A stretch of 64,000 nucleotides of DNA from Steroidobacter sp. Its GTDB lineage: Bacteria > Pseudomonadota > Gammaproteobacteria > Steroidobacterales > Steroidobacteraceae. The stretch covers positions 29,802-93,801 of the forward strand of contig JAICPY010000001.1 in assembly GCA_025929585.1 (NCBI GenBank), in the 5' to 3' direction. The notes under the pieces are model-generated. The model did not search any database, was not told the origin of the DNA, and worked only from the letters and a program-made list of their open reading frames with translations. How positions within the stretch are numbered: position 1 is the first letter of the stretch; each line of letters opens with the position of its first letter. Positions 9,602 to 18,800 of this stretch are shown one piece after another. The position numbers and the translations under genes are program-made.

Positions 9602-10672
9602 TCACGTCCATCCTGCCGCAGGTGCGCTGAGGCCGGTTGTTTCTCCGAAACCGTAGGCACGATTCAACCATTGCAACGCGCCGCCGGCTGCGCCTTTTAC
9701 TAGATTATCAACCACGCAGACGACCGCGAGCGACTTGCCTGATGCGGCGCCGCTAATAAAGGAGTAGTTGCTTCCCGCAACATCTTTTACGTGCGGCATC
9801 GAGCTCGTCACTCGGATAAACGGTTTGTTCCGATAGAACTCGCTCAATCCCTCGAGCAGTTCCGCTGTCTTGATAGATTTCTTCGCGTACGCCTGCACCG
9901 TTACATGAATGCCGCGCGCGAAAGGACCGGAATGGGGCACGAAGTTGAACTCCGCCTCCACATCCGCAGCGATGCGAGTCAGGGCAACGATTTCCGGCGT
10001 GTGCCGATGCGAAAGCGGGTTATACGCGTACAGATCGCTATGGCGCTGCGGATGATGGGTGCCAGCAGAAGGTGTTCGGCCTGAACCTGTGCTTCCAGTG
10101 ATGCCCGATACGAATAGTCGTGGCTCGGCATAACCGAGCTTCAGGATCGGCACGCTGGCCAGCAAGACGGCGGTTGCGAAACAGCCTGGATGCGCCACGT
10201 GTTGCGTCTCGAGCGTGTCGAGATGCTCGGGCACGGCACAAGAGAACTGGCCGATTCGCGCCGGCGCGCCATGGCTGTGTTTGTACACGGCTTCATACTC
10301 ACCGGCGGTCGGATACCGATAGTCAGCAGAGATGTCGAACGCTCGAACACGCGTTCCCTTCTGCTCGGCTGCCTTCAGTAACCCATCGATCAACTGCGCT
10401 GCAACCCCGTGAGGAGCCGCGGACACGATTGCGGATTCCGGCAGTTCGCCGACGAGCTTGGTGATCTCTTCAAGACTGGAGAACGTGAGCTGCGGATAGA
10501 TCGGAGCAAGATGGCTAAAGGATTTTGCAACCGCCTCGCCCGGCTGGCTATCCGAGAGCACGGCTTTGAGCTCCAGTCGAGGATGACCTGCGATCAAGCG
10601 CAGCAACTCGCCGGCAACATAGCCGGTGCCGCCCAGAACGATGATTGGGAGTTTGTGAGGTTGGATATTCAT
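9602..10672 (-). CDS. argC: N-acyl-gamma-glutamyl-phosphate reductase
   Basis: GGTGYVAGEL Rossmann motif, HPGCFATA catalytic Cys, DNLVKGAAG. Start at 10672. Confidence 0.96.
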   Translation of the reverse strand: MNIQPHKLPIIVLGGTGYVAGELLRLIAGHPRLELKAVLSDSQPGEAVAKSFSHLAPIYPQLTFSSLEEITKLVGELPESAIVSAAPHGVAAQLIDGLLKAAEQKGTRVRAFDISADYRYPTAGEYEAVYKHSHGAPARIGQFSCAVPEHLDTLETQHVAHPGCFATAVLLASVPILKLGYAEPRLFVSGITGSTGSGRTPSAGTHHPQRHSDLYAYNPLSHRHTPEIVALTRIAADVEAEFNFVPHSGPFARGIHVTVQAYAKKSIKTAELLEGLSEFYRNKPFIRVTSSMPHVKDVAGSNYSFISGAASGKSLAVVCVVDNLVKGAAGGALQWLNRAYGFGETTGLSAPAAGWT

Positions 10673-10784
10673 GCTTGATGCTGGGCTCAACTGGCGTGCG
10701 ACGTCCGGCGTGCGTGTATGGGTAAGAAAACAGCAGGACAGGCTGCTTGCCTGTCCCACGCTAGCCGCAAGCCACGGAAAATCG

Positions 10785-11864
10785 TCATTCGACCGCGTCC
10801 ACGGCGAGCTTCGCGCTCAGCCCGATCGACTCGATCACACGGTCGGCAAGCGCAGCGCCGTCGGTGATTGCGTTGAAGGCCGGCACGCCGAACTGATCAC
10901 GAATGATATTCACGCCGACCGCATTGTCCGTCGCAGGTCCGGTCACCACCGAAGGTTCGATGCCGAACTTCTCGCGTAACAGCTTGACTCCGCCCCAAGC
11001 GGCGACTGGATCGTTCGCGGACAGGACGACTGAAGTCAATGCGGTGCGAATGTCGGGAGAAGAAAGAATCGCTTCCACCCCATAGGCTCCGAGGATTCCA
11101 TCGCCCAACTCGAACACGATGACATCGGGTTCGCCTTGTGACATCTCGCTGAGCAACGCGCGCGTAATCGCCGCGCCGTTCTTCGCAGTCGTCGTGACGA
11201 CACCGAGGTCCGTGAAGATCATGCTGCGTCGCGCGCCGGCATCTTCCATCGCGAGAATGTCACGTCGCAGCGAAACGCCGGTTGCCTTGAACGCATGCAC
11301 GTTCAAGCCGCGATGACGCATCCGGGAGACGATTGCGCACGCGGCCGCGGTCTTGCCGGCTTCCATGCAAGTGCCCGCCAACGCTACGACCGGTACACCT
11401 CTGGTGTTCAGCGTCGCGTTGAAGTCCAACCGCTGATAACCGACGCGGGCAGGAACCCCGATGCGTTCGCCGAGATAGGGAAACTGCAACACGACACCAA
11501 TGACGCGTGCGTCGAAAGGACGGCCTTTTTCCGGGTTCACCGAATCGACGATCCCGAGCACCCCGCCGATGTTGAGGACTTGAATGATGTCGCCTTCCTT
11601 CACCGACTCGGGAAGGTGACCCGAATAGCCGAAGAGCGCCTGACGATGTCCCAATGCGCCGACGATGATGTCTCCTTTGGACACTTTCGCCATCCGCCCG
11701 CTGGTCAGCTCGAGTGTGTTGTACGTGGACTTGTTGTTTAGAACCTCGGCAACGAGCACCACGCCCTCTTCGCACGGAATATCCGTGGTGGCGACGCGTA
11801 ATTCTCGGCTCAGGTTCAACGCCTGAGTGATGGACGCGACTTTGTCGACAACGACGGTTTTCAT
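10785..11864 (-). CDS. DUF1611-family P-loop-like protein (DgcN N-acyltransferase-related), function unassigned
   Basis: 359 aa from MKTVVVDK, motif AGTCMEAGKT, FKATG, ELGDGILG; sits between argG and argC. Family assignment by motif recognition. Confidence 0.75.
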   Translation of the reverse strand: MKTVVVDKVASITQALNLSRELRVATTDIPCEEGVVLVAEVLNNKSTYNTLELTSGRMAKVSKGDIIVGALGHRQALFGYSGHLPESVKEGDIIQVLNIGGVLGIVDSVNPEKGRPFDARVIGVVLQFPYLGERIGVPARVGYQRLDFNATLNTRGVPVVALAGTCMEAGKTAAACAIVSRMRHRGLNVHAFKATGVSLRRDILAMEDAGARRSMIFTDLGVVTTTAKNGAAITRALLSEMSQGEPDVIVFELGDGILGAYGVEAILSSPDIRTALTSVVLSANDPVAAWGGVKLLREKFGIEPSVVTGPATDNAVGVNIIRDQFGVPAFNAITDGAALADRVIESIGLSAKLAVDAVE

Positions 11865-11872
11865 GATGGCGA

Positions 11873-11908
11873 GTGATGAACGTGATGCAAGTGATGAAGG
11901 TGATGGCG
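11873..11908. repeat. Single-arm 9-mer array GTGATG-NNN
   Basis: Four units between the argG stop and the DUF1611 start. Confidence 0.85.
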
Positions 11909-11917
11909 GAAAGGCAC

Positions 11918-13138
11918 TTAGTTCTTTCCTGCGCGTGTCCAGAACATGCTGGGCAAGCTGACCATCTTGGAAAAGCCGAGCGCATCGGCGGCGGTCCATT
12001 CTCCGGCCGCTTCGCCGTAAACGCCTTTGGATGCAGCCATGATCGAGAAAGGCGAGGTGACCCCTTCGACGAACGCATTGCCTGGCCGGTAGAGCACCTT
12101 CACTTCTCCGGTAACGCGCGATTGCGAAGCGACAAACAGCGCCTCGATGTCACGGCACACTGGATCCAAGTGCTGACCTTCATGAACGAGATCGCCGTAA
12201 GGACCTGCGAGCATCTCCTTGATTCGCTGCTGCCGGCCCGTCATGACGAGCTTTTCCAATTCACGGTGAGCGTTGATCAGCACCTCCGCCGCTGGTGCCT
12301 CGAAGGCGACGCGGCCTTTCGTGCCGATGATCGTATCGCCCAAGTGAATTCCGCGGCCGACGCCGAATTTTGCACCGATCGCTTCGATCTGCTCGATCAG
12401 CGTCACCGTATCGAGCTTCGTTCCATCCAAACTGACGGGCACGCCGTCCTGAAACCCGATAGTGTGCGACTCGGGCGCTTGCGGCTTGGTGAATGCATCT
12501 TTGGACAGTACCCACGCGTGTTCGGGAATGCTGCCATCGGAGGTCAGCGTTTCCTTTCCACCGATCGTCACGCCCCACAGTCCTCGATTTACTGAATATG
12601 CGGCGCCATACGGCGGAATCGGCAGCTTGCGCTCTTCCAGATAGTTGAGCTGCTCGGGTCGCTTGAATGCTCTGTCGCGCACCGGCGCAAGAATCGTGAG
12701 CTCGGGCGCGAGTGTCCGAAGCGCAACCTCGAATCGCACTTGGTCGTTGCCGGCCGCGGTGCAGCCATGTGCGACGACCTTTGTGCCAATCTTGCGCGCG
12801 TATTCCGCGATCGTCTGGGCTTGCATGACCCGTTCGGCACCCACGCACAAAGGATACATCTGACCGCGTTTGACGTTACCGATGATGAGGTACTTGATGA
12901 CCTGATCGAAGTACGCCTTTCGTGCGTCGATCTGCACATGATCCTTCGCGCCCAGCTCGCGTGCGCGCTGTGCCAATACGCGCGTAGCTTCTTCATCGAT
13001 ACCGCCGGTGTCGACTGTCACAGTGATGATGGGCCGGCCGTAATTCGCACTTAGCCATGGAACGAGGAACGAGGTATCGAGCCCGCCCGAAAAGGCCAAG
13101 AGAATGGGTTCGTTGCCGGCGGGAAGTTGGTCGGTCAT
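11918..13138 (-). CDS. argG: Argininosuccinate synthase
   Basis: AFSGGLDTS, AHGCTAAGNDQVRFE, GIKG-like IIGTKGRVAFEAPAA. Confidence 0.97.
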   Translation of the reverse strand: MTDQLPAGNEPILLAFSGGLDTSFLVPWLSANYGRPIITVTVDTGGIDEEATRVLAQRARELGAKDHVQIDARKAYFDQVIKYLIIGNVKRGQMYPLCVGAERVMQAQTIAEYARKIGTKVVAHGCTAAGNDQVRFEVALRTLAPELTILAPVRDRAFKRPEQLNYLEERKLPIPPYGAAYSVNRGLWGVTIGGKETLTSDGSIPEHAWVLSKDAFTKPQAPESHTIGFQDGVPVSLDGTKLDTVTLIEQIEAIGAKFGVGRGIHLGDTIIGTKGRVAFEAPAAEVLINAHRELEKLVMTGRQQRIKEMLAGPYGDLVHEGQHLDPVCRDIEALFVASQSRVTGEVKVLYRPGNAFVEGVTSPFSIMAASKGVYGEAAGEWTAADALGFSKMVSLPSMFWTRAGKN

Positions 13139-13151
13139 TTGTAGGATAGAA

Positions 13152-13256
13152 GCGGTTAGCGGTTAGCGGTTAGCGGATAGTCGGAAGACGGAGCGGAAGA
13201 CGTGCGAGGCGGCGCGTTCTTTCCGAACCCATCCGCCATCCGCTATCGGCTATCCG
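13152..13256. repeat. Inverted 7-mer array, GCGGTTA/GCGGATA type
   Basis: Four units at 13152-13179 then GTCGGA; four C(C/T)ATC(C/G)G units at 13229-13256 containing the argR stop. Confidence 0.88.
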
Positions 13257-13729
13257 TTTCTCGGTTCCGTCTCCAGTTTGGGGAAGACTTCGCGCAAGCG
13301 AGCCGTGAGCTTGCGTTGTTCGCGACCGTCCTCGGTCGCGATGAAAATGGTGTCGTCACCCGAGATCGTGCCGACGACCTCCGGCCAATTCGATCGATCG
13401 ATGGCGACCGCCACGCTCTGCGCCGTGCCGGTGGTCGTCTTGACGACGGTCAACGACGGCCCGGCCGTGCGCACTGCCACGACGAAGTTCGCAATCGCCG
13501 CGAAATGATGGGTCGCCAACGCATCTTCGCTAGCGGGGACGATGTAGTGGTCACCCGCTTTTGCGACACCTAATTCGCGCAGGTCGCGGCTGACGCTGGA
13601 CTGCGTGGCATCGAACCCGTGCTTGTGCAGCACCTTCACCAACTCGTCCTGATTGCGCACGGTCGATTCGCGAAGGATTCGCAAGATCGCTGCCCGGCGC
13701 GAGACTGATTGGTGAATTTCGGCGGCCAT
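13250..13729 (-). CDS. argR: Arginine repressor
   Basis: NQDELV, ATQSSVSRDLREL winged HTH, VVGTISGDDTIF arginine-binding motif. Start at 13729. Confidence 0.97.
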   Translation of the reverse strand: MAAEIHQSVSRRAAILRILRESTVRNQDELVKVLHKHGFDATQSSVSRDLRELGVAKAGDHYIVPASEDALATHHFAAIANFVVAVRTAGPSLTVVKTTTGTAQSVAVAIDRSNWPEVVGTISGDDTIFIATEDGREQRKLTARLREVFPKLETEPRNG

Positions 13730-13739
13730 TGCTATTGGC

Positions 13740-13772
13740 GTTGAGGGTTGACGGTTCGCAGTTACGGTCAAA
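13740..13772. repeat. Single-arm 7-mer array, GTTGACG type
   Basis: gttgagg gttgacg gttcgca gttacgg in the argR leader. Confidence 0.7.
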
Positions 13773-13778
13773 TAGTGG

Positions 13779-13817
13779 ATTGCATAAAAACGCGCGTATG
13801 GTGCATAAATATGCAAA
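13779..13817 (-). promoter_or_regulatory. Tandem ARG boxes (ArgR operator) upstream of the arg operon
   Basis: TGCATAAAAACGCG at 13781 and the palindrome TGCATAAATATGCA at 13802 are 21 bp apart, matching the 18+3 bp ARG-box pair geometry. Confidence 0.85.
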
Positions 13818-13913
13818 AGGTGTCAATAGGGTAAGCGAGCCGTGATTAGCAGGTCGCGAGTAGTGAGTGAAGAAGTGGGGACGCTCTTCGTCTTCGAGGA
13901 GTGTCCCCGAGAA

Positions 13914-14828
13914 CTACAGCGCCGCACGCCGTGATCGCCACACGCCATCGGCGGCGTAGATTGCCAGCGCGGTCCAGATCAGACTGAAGCCGACCACTCG
14001 AGGGCCGGCGAAAGGCTCGTGGAATACGAGCACGGCCAGCAACAATTGAATCGTCGGACCGATGTATTGCAGTAGGCCGATGGTCGAATAGGGAATGCGT
14101 CTGGCGCCGAACGCGAACAGGACGAGGGGAATTGCGGTGAGCGGCCCGCCGAGGGCGAGCAATGCGTCGGTCGTGAGGCTCACGTGGCCTAAGCTGGCTG
14201 TGCCTACGAGCTGACACCAGATCAGATAGCCGACGCCAATCGGTAGTAACAAGAGCGTTTCGCTTGCGAAGCCTGCAAGGGCATCGACACGCACGACTTT
14301 TCGTACCAGGCCGTACAAACCGAAGGAGAAGGCAAGGGTCAGAGCAATCCAAGGGGGATGTCCCGCGCTCCAGGTCAAGTAACCGACGCCACCGGCGGCG
14401 AGGGCCACTGCGGTCCATTGGATGGCGTTCAACCGTTCCGAGAGGACGACGACGCCGAGCACGACGTTCAATAACGGATTGATGAAATAGCCGAGACTAG
14501 TCTCCACTACACGGTTGGCTGCGATTCCGAAGATGTACGTCGTCCAGTTCGCCGTGATGAGGGCTGCACTGGCGATTAAACGCCAACGCACCCCTGGATT
14601 CGACAGCGCTTCTCGAACCCCGGAAAGTTCCTTGCGAATCGCAAGCCAAGCAAGCGCAAACAAACAACCCCAAACGAGTCGGTGCGCAGTCACTTGCAAA
14701 ATTGGGACATGCTGAAGCTGCTTCAGATAAAGAGGCAGCAGTCCCCAAATGAAAAAGGCACCCGCAGCCGCAGTCAGGCCGCGTGGGTCCATACGGTCGG
14801 ACGGTAGATTCATCGCAGGGGAGCTCAT
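13914..14828 (-). CDS. rarD: EamA/DMT family transporter RarD
   Basis: WGLLPLY, ETSLGYFINPL, GLLQYIGPT motifs; about 10 hydrophobic segments. Confidence 0.93.
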   Translation of the reverse strand: MSSPAMNLPSDRMDPRGLTAAAGAFFIWGLLPLYLKQLQHVPILQVTAHRLVWGCLFALAWLAIRKELSGVREALSNPGVRWRLIASAALITANWTTYIFGIAANRVVETSLGYFINPLLNVVLGVVVLSERLNAIQWTAVALAAGGVGYLTWSAGHPPWIALTLAFSFGLYGLVRKVVRVDALAGFASETLLLLPIGVGYLIWCQLVGTASLGHVSLTTDALLALGGPLTAIPLVLFAFGARRIPYSTIGLLQYIGPTIQLLLAVLVFHEPFAGPRVVGFSLIWTALAIYAADGVWRSRRAAL

Positions 14829-15147
14829 ACGTGAGCGTGTAGCGTAGCGAATCTTTCAGCCAGTGCACGATCAATCTAAGTTCGTATCCTGGTGCCATGC
14901 CGATCCACCACCGAATCTAACTGACACAGCGGCGCGGCGGCGGAGCGGTCCATGAAGAAAGCCCGGGTGTGTAGCGGTAACCCGCGCGCATCAATTAGTT
15001 GTTGCTCCCGCTGCGAGCAATTCTCGATGTCTGTACAAATACTGCTCGCCGATCCTTCGCGATTCGCAGCTCGGGCGAGGGGGCATTCGACCCAGCGCGG
15101 AAGCGTTATGCTTGGATCTCAAACCATTGGCTTTCGAAGACCGCATC

Positions 15148-15762
15148 ATGTCCTCCACACTCGATCTCGCTCGACGCTTGTTAGCCTTGTCGCAGACCGG
15201 TTTGCACTTCTGTCAGGAACAATACGATCGTGAGCGATATGAGGAGATAGGCGAGATCGCGGCGCAGCTGCTGGCTCTCGATTCCAACCGCGACGTGCAA
15301 AAACTACGCGAGTTGTGGGTCGCCGAAAAAGGTTATGCGACGCCGAAGATCGACGTGCGCGGCGCGATCTTTCGCGCCCAGACGGTTTTATTGGTTCGCG
15401 AACGTGTGGATGGCAAGTGGACGCTGCCCGGTGGCTGGGCAGATGTGAATGACTCGCCGGCGTACGCAGTCGAAAAAGAGATCGAGCAAGAATCCGGATT
15501 CACCGCCAAAGCGATCAAGCTCGCTGCTGTCCTGGATCGCAACAAGCACAATCACCCAGCCTTTCTATTTCACATCTGGAAGATATTCTTTATCTGCGAG
15601 ATCACCGGCGGCGAACCACGCGAAAGCTACGAAACCACCGGCGTCGATTTTTTTCCCCTCGATGCATTGCCCGAGCTCTCCACAGGCCGCACCACTGCAG
15701 CGCAGATTCTCCGCATGTACGAGCATCATCTGAAGAGAGAGATGGCGACGGAGTTTGATTGA
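15148..15762 (+). CDS. Nudix hydrolase with N-terminal helical domain (ADP-ribose pyrophosphatase-like)
   Basis: GYATPKIDVRG, Nudix box WTLPGGWADVNDSPAYAVEKEIEQESG. Start at the ATG at 15148. Confidence 0.9.
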   Translation: MSSTLDLARRLLALSQTGLHFCQEQYDRERYEEIGEIAAQLLALDSNRDVQKLRELWVAEKGYATPKIDVRGAIFRAQTVLLVRERVDGKWTLPGGWADVNDSPAYAVEKEIEQESGFTAKAIKLAAVLDRNKHNHPAFLFHIWKIFFICEITGGEPRESYETTGVDFFPLDALPELSTGRTTAAQILRMYEHHLKREMATEFD

Positions 15763-15786
15763 TACTCCGCTTCGCGGCGTGTGCAC

Positions 15787-15870
15787 GTGCAGAAGGGTGC
15801 ATAGGTGCAGAGGTCAGAAGTGCCCGGTACTTTCCGACGTTACACCTCTACACGTCTACACTTGTACACC
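15787..15870. repeat. Inverted 8-mer array, GGTGCAGA type
   Basis: Left arm ends in GTCAGA; right arm TTCCGAC then CTACAC units; convergent Nudix/tamB junction. Confidence 0.7.
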
Positions 15871-15891
15871 GCGATGACGTCGCGCGCGACC

Positions 15892-18800
15892 TCATCGCTC
15901 AATCATATATTCCAAATCCGCACTCTGCGCTTCGCCGGATTCGGTTCGAAGGATCCAGCGATCGCTGATCGTGTAGCGCAGCTTCAAAGTATTGATGGAT
16001 TCCGTCAAAGAAATGCCATAGCTGATGAACAGGCGTGGCGAAAGGAATTTGCCTAATACCAGCGAGGGGTTCGCTTCACCCGCGCTGTTGATGTAGTTCT
16101 CGACGCCCACTTCTTCGAGGCCGAGCCTTCTGCCGAGTTGAGACGCAAGAAATCCGCCGCCTTGCAGCGCTAGCGTGTCGCTCGCGGCGGTCATGTTTTC
16201 GCTATCGGCGGCCGCGGTTGCGTTCAGCGGCTTTCCGATCAGCAAATAAGAGACGATCTGTGTCTGGGGCATCGATGGATCGGAGAAGAACGTGAGCCGA
16301 GGCGCTTGCAGCGTGCCGCGGACGTTCAAGCCCACGGTCACAGTCTCAACACGCCGACGCGCTTCGATGTCTAGGCCCGGGTCATCCAGAGGCGCGTTAT
16401 CGAAGATCAGCTGCCCGCGGTTGATCTCGAGCTCCTGACCGTATGCCTCGTACCGGCCTTCGGCAACGCGCAATTCGCCGTGCCCTGTCGTCACCTCGCC
16501 GGTGCGTACGTTCGTCGTCACGGCGCCTTCGATTCTGCCGTGCAATCCGAACGCGTCGACTCGTACATCCTCGCCCATGTGCACGCGGACCTCGCTGTGC
16601 ACTTTCAGCCTTCCTTCTTGTTCGGCTGCGTGTTCGCCGACATAGCGCGCATCGTTTGAAGGACCCACCGCGCCGCTGAGCTTGGCAGGCTGTACCAAGG
16701 CGCTGGGAATAGTCACATCGCCCTGCACGCGTACTTGGGTCGCATCGATTTCGAATTGCAGATCGGGCGATGCGACGATTCGATATTCAGGCAGATCCGC
16801 GACCAGCAGATCGGTGCCTCGCAATTGCATCCTGCCGCGCGGCTCGGCGTTGTTCCATCTGAGGTCTCCGGTTACCTCCAGACGGCCTTCACCGGCATTG
16901 CCGTTGCCCCGAAACTCCAGACGGTTGCTCGCGATCTCGGCGATGAGATCCAAATCGCGCAACGCAAAGTTCGCGCGATAAGAATCGAGCTCGCCATTCG
17001 CAAGCTCGATGCGCCCGTCGATCTCGGGTTGCGACAGAGTGCCGCCGATGTTCGCGGATCCACTGAGCACGCCCGCCGCATGGTCCACCTCGGGGAATAG
17101 GAGCGGTAGAAGATTGGCATCGGCTGCGCGAGCTCGGATTTCACCGCGTAACGGTAGGCGCAGTACGTTCGCTTCTCCACTACGAGTTAGCTGCGCGTTC
17201 GTATGTAGATAAGTATCTGTGAACGCCTGCACGCCGAACGAGAAGTCGATTTGCTCAGGCTTTGCGACCAGATGCATACCTCCGGTGCCCAAATTCAAGG
17301 TCTCCGGTTCGGAGCCTTGCGGTCGATAGATAATCGCGGCATCGCTGATCTTCATACCCGCTTCGCCTTGCCACACAGCGGAATCTGAACCGAAGAAACG
17401 CGCGCTGCCTTCGATGCGACCTGCGTACTCGACGTCCTCCTCGCTCTCGGGCAGCACGGTCGCAAGTGGAATCTCGTATCCGGATACTTCAGCTTCCCAA
17501 CTGCCATCGCGCTGCCATCGACCCTCGGCACACAGGCGTCCCGCTGCGATGACTAGGCAGAAGTTGTCGAGCATCGCCCGTTCGCGAGAGAGCGTGGCAC
17601 TCGCAGGCTCGGCAATCTTCACTTCTTGTGGCGGATTACCGCGTGAGAACTGAGTCGTCGCGATGCTTGCCGTCCAGACTTCCTCTTCGAGCTTGCCCGA
17701 GACTTCCAGACGCGCACGCGGCGCCGCGCTCGCATCTTCCGACATCCCCACGACGTTCACTCCGATGCGATGATCAAGAGCAGTGCCGTGCCCGCTGGCA
17801 TCCACGCTCTCTGCCAAGCGTGCTCCGTAACCTGCACGTCGGGCGGATACCGTGAGCCGCGAAGGTTGAGCATTAGAGGAATCGACATCGCCTTCGATAG
17901 CGAGAGATTGCGCGGACCACTCGCGATACGACAGACGTTCACCCGCTAAATGGGCCGTGACGCGCGGAGTATCGCGCTTGCCTTGGGCGCTGCCGGAGAA
18001 ATCGATCGAGCCGCTCGCATTCGGAATCAGCTTATCCAGCGCAGGCGTATTGAGCGACCAGGTCAACTCGATCGTGTCATGCAGCTTCGCATCGAGCGCC
18101 AAGCGCGCCGCTCCCCACTCGAGCTCGGCATCGCGCACTTGCCAGCGGCGCGCTGAACGCTCGATCTCTCCGGAGCCGCGCACGGTTTGTTCGCGCAGCG
18201 TGCCGTGCAAATTGTGGGCGGCCACGCGGAAATCCGCGTTCTTATCGATTCCTTTGCCTGCGCCGATTGCATTGAACGTAATACGGCCTGGGAGCGAAGC
18301 GTGCAGTTCGACAGGATTGATCTGCTTCGCGTTGGCGGTGAGGCTCCAGATCCTCGGTTGCTCGAACTCTATGCGGCCGCTGCCCGCGATCGAGCCCTCG
18401 AGCGTGTTCAAGTCGTACGAGTGCAGAACAACGTCTTCTTTGCTAAGGACGCCTTGCGCGACACCGACTGCATTCGGAATATCGGGGCCATCGATCTGCG
18501 CATTCATATCGAAGGTATAAGGCAGTGTGCCTCGGAGCGTCGCCTGTCCGACACGACTATAGATGACTGCGTCTTGCCGCAATGGCCATTGCAGATCGGT
18601 CCAGCGAGTCGCCAACTCGAGGTTCGGCGGACCGCCTGCAAAGGTCAATGTGCCATTGGCGTGCACACGGCTCGGGGATCCAGGCACTGTGAACTCGCTG
18701 TCCTGCACGTACAGCACTCGGTCCGAAAACCGGCCCCTTGCATCGATGCCGATTTGGGAGAGGTTGTATTCCGGTATTGTGAAGTTGCCGCGAGCGTGAA

